NCBI RefSeq assembly: GCF_006345805.1
Contig: NC_043010.1
Coordinates: 62,372,001-62,436,000, forward strand
Reading direction: 5' to 3'
Length of the DNA stretch: 64,000 bases
DNA from: Octopus sinensis
Taxonomy: Eukaryota
Under the pieces are notes generated by a model. That model did not search any database. It saw only the letters and a program-made list of their open reading frames with translations, and was not told the origin of the DNA. Position numbers and translations under genes: made by a program. Below are positions 63,434-64,000 of the stretch, one piece after another (the first letter of the stretch is position 1; each line of letters opens with the position of its first letter).

Positions 63434-64000
63434 AGTATATCTAGGATTACATTATTTACAGTTAGCTGATTTGATGTTGTTTAGCCCCAGGTCAGCCATA
63501 ACCTAGAAGACCTATGACCAAAGAAGCTCCAGCTTAGTATACCTAGGCCTACATCCTACAACTGTGTCCTTCCTATTTTTAAGACTGTATGGTATGAGGG
63601 AAATTTAACTGGGTTTTTTAGCAGGTTGAGCAATAACATACAGGCTAGCTCATTAGTCAAAGTTGCTATATCATTAATCATAAAGGAGCTCAAATAAAAT
63701 CTTCCCTAAATTTTTTAGTGGACCCTTTTAAAGGCTAGGACTTGCTTGTGTGAAATAGAGAAATATACCCATGGGTAGGACACAGATCTATCACCAAACC
63801 AATGATGGGAATCTCTGATTGCCTGACCAGCTGGAAATAAGTCAAATTTCCCTTATAACACACCCTACAGTCTCAAAGAAGGACACATTGGATAGTATAG
63901 TCCTAAATAGACTGTATGGACCTCTTGGATCCTTTTGATTCCTTTTTTACACTGCTGGACCCCCATATTAAAAATAATCCCATTTTTATAATTAGATATT

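Overview
This is repeat-dominated, AT-rich, intron/intergenic-type animal DNA. It is not prokaryotic: no operons, CRISPR array, rRNA or true tRNA genes were found. The tRNA-headed SINE families, RTE-clade LINE 3' ends with (GAT)n tails, huge CAT/CAC/TAC microsatellite islands and the C2H2 zinc-finger gene point to an octopus (coleoid cephalopod) genome; this is inferred from repeat content, not a database match. The only well-supported protein-coding gene is a five-finger C2H2 zinc-finger coding exon (60532-61167, +) with non-canonical linkers. Nearly all other ORFs in the track are microsatellite or transposon read-through. The rest is SINEs (at least 3 modular families), RTE LINE remnants, Helitron/Helentron-type non-autonomous elements, MITEs of Tc1/mariner, hAT and piggyBac type, and transposase fossils. 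The most interesting signal is a set of Penelope-like (PLE) inverted-repeat elements carrying minimal type I hammerhead ribozyme motifs with palindromic helix III. They fall into at least three unrelated sequence families (1.2 kb and 22.9 kb; 37.1-37.5 kb; 38.7-39.0 kb). One copy has a tRNA-like Pol III promoter in the loop between the mirrored arms, making it a candidate ribozyme-bearing, PLE-mobilised SINE. All alignments, folds and translations were done by eye. Family names and activities need computational and experimental confirmation.
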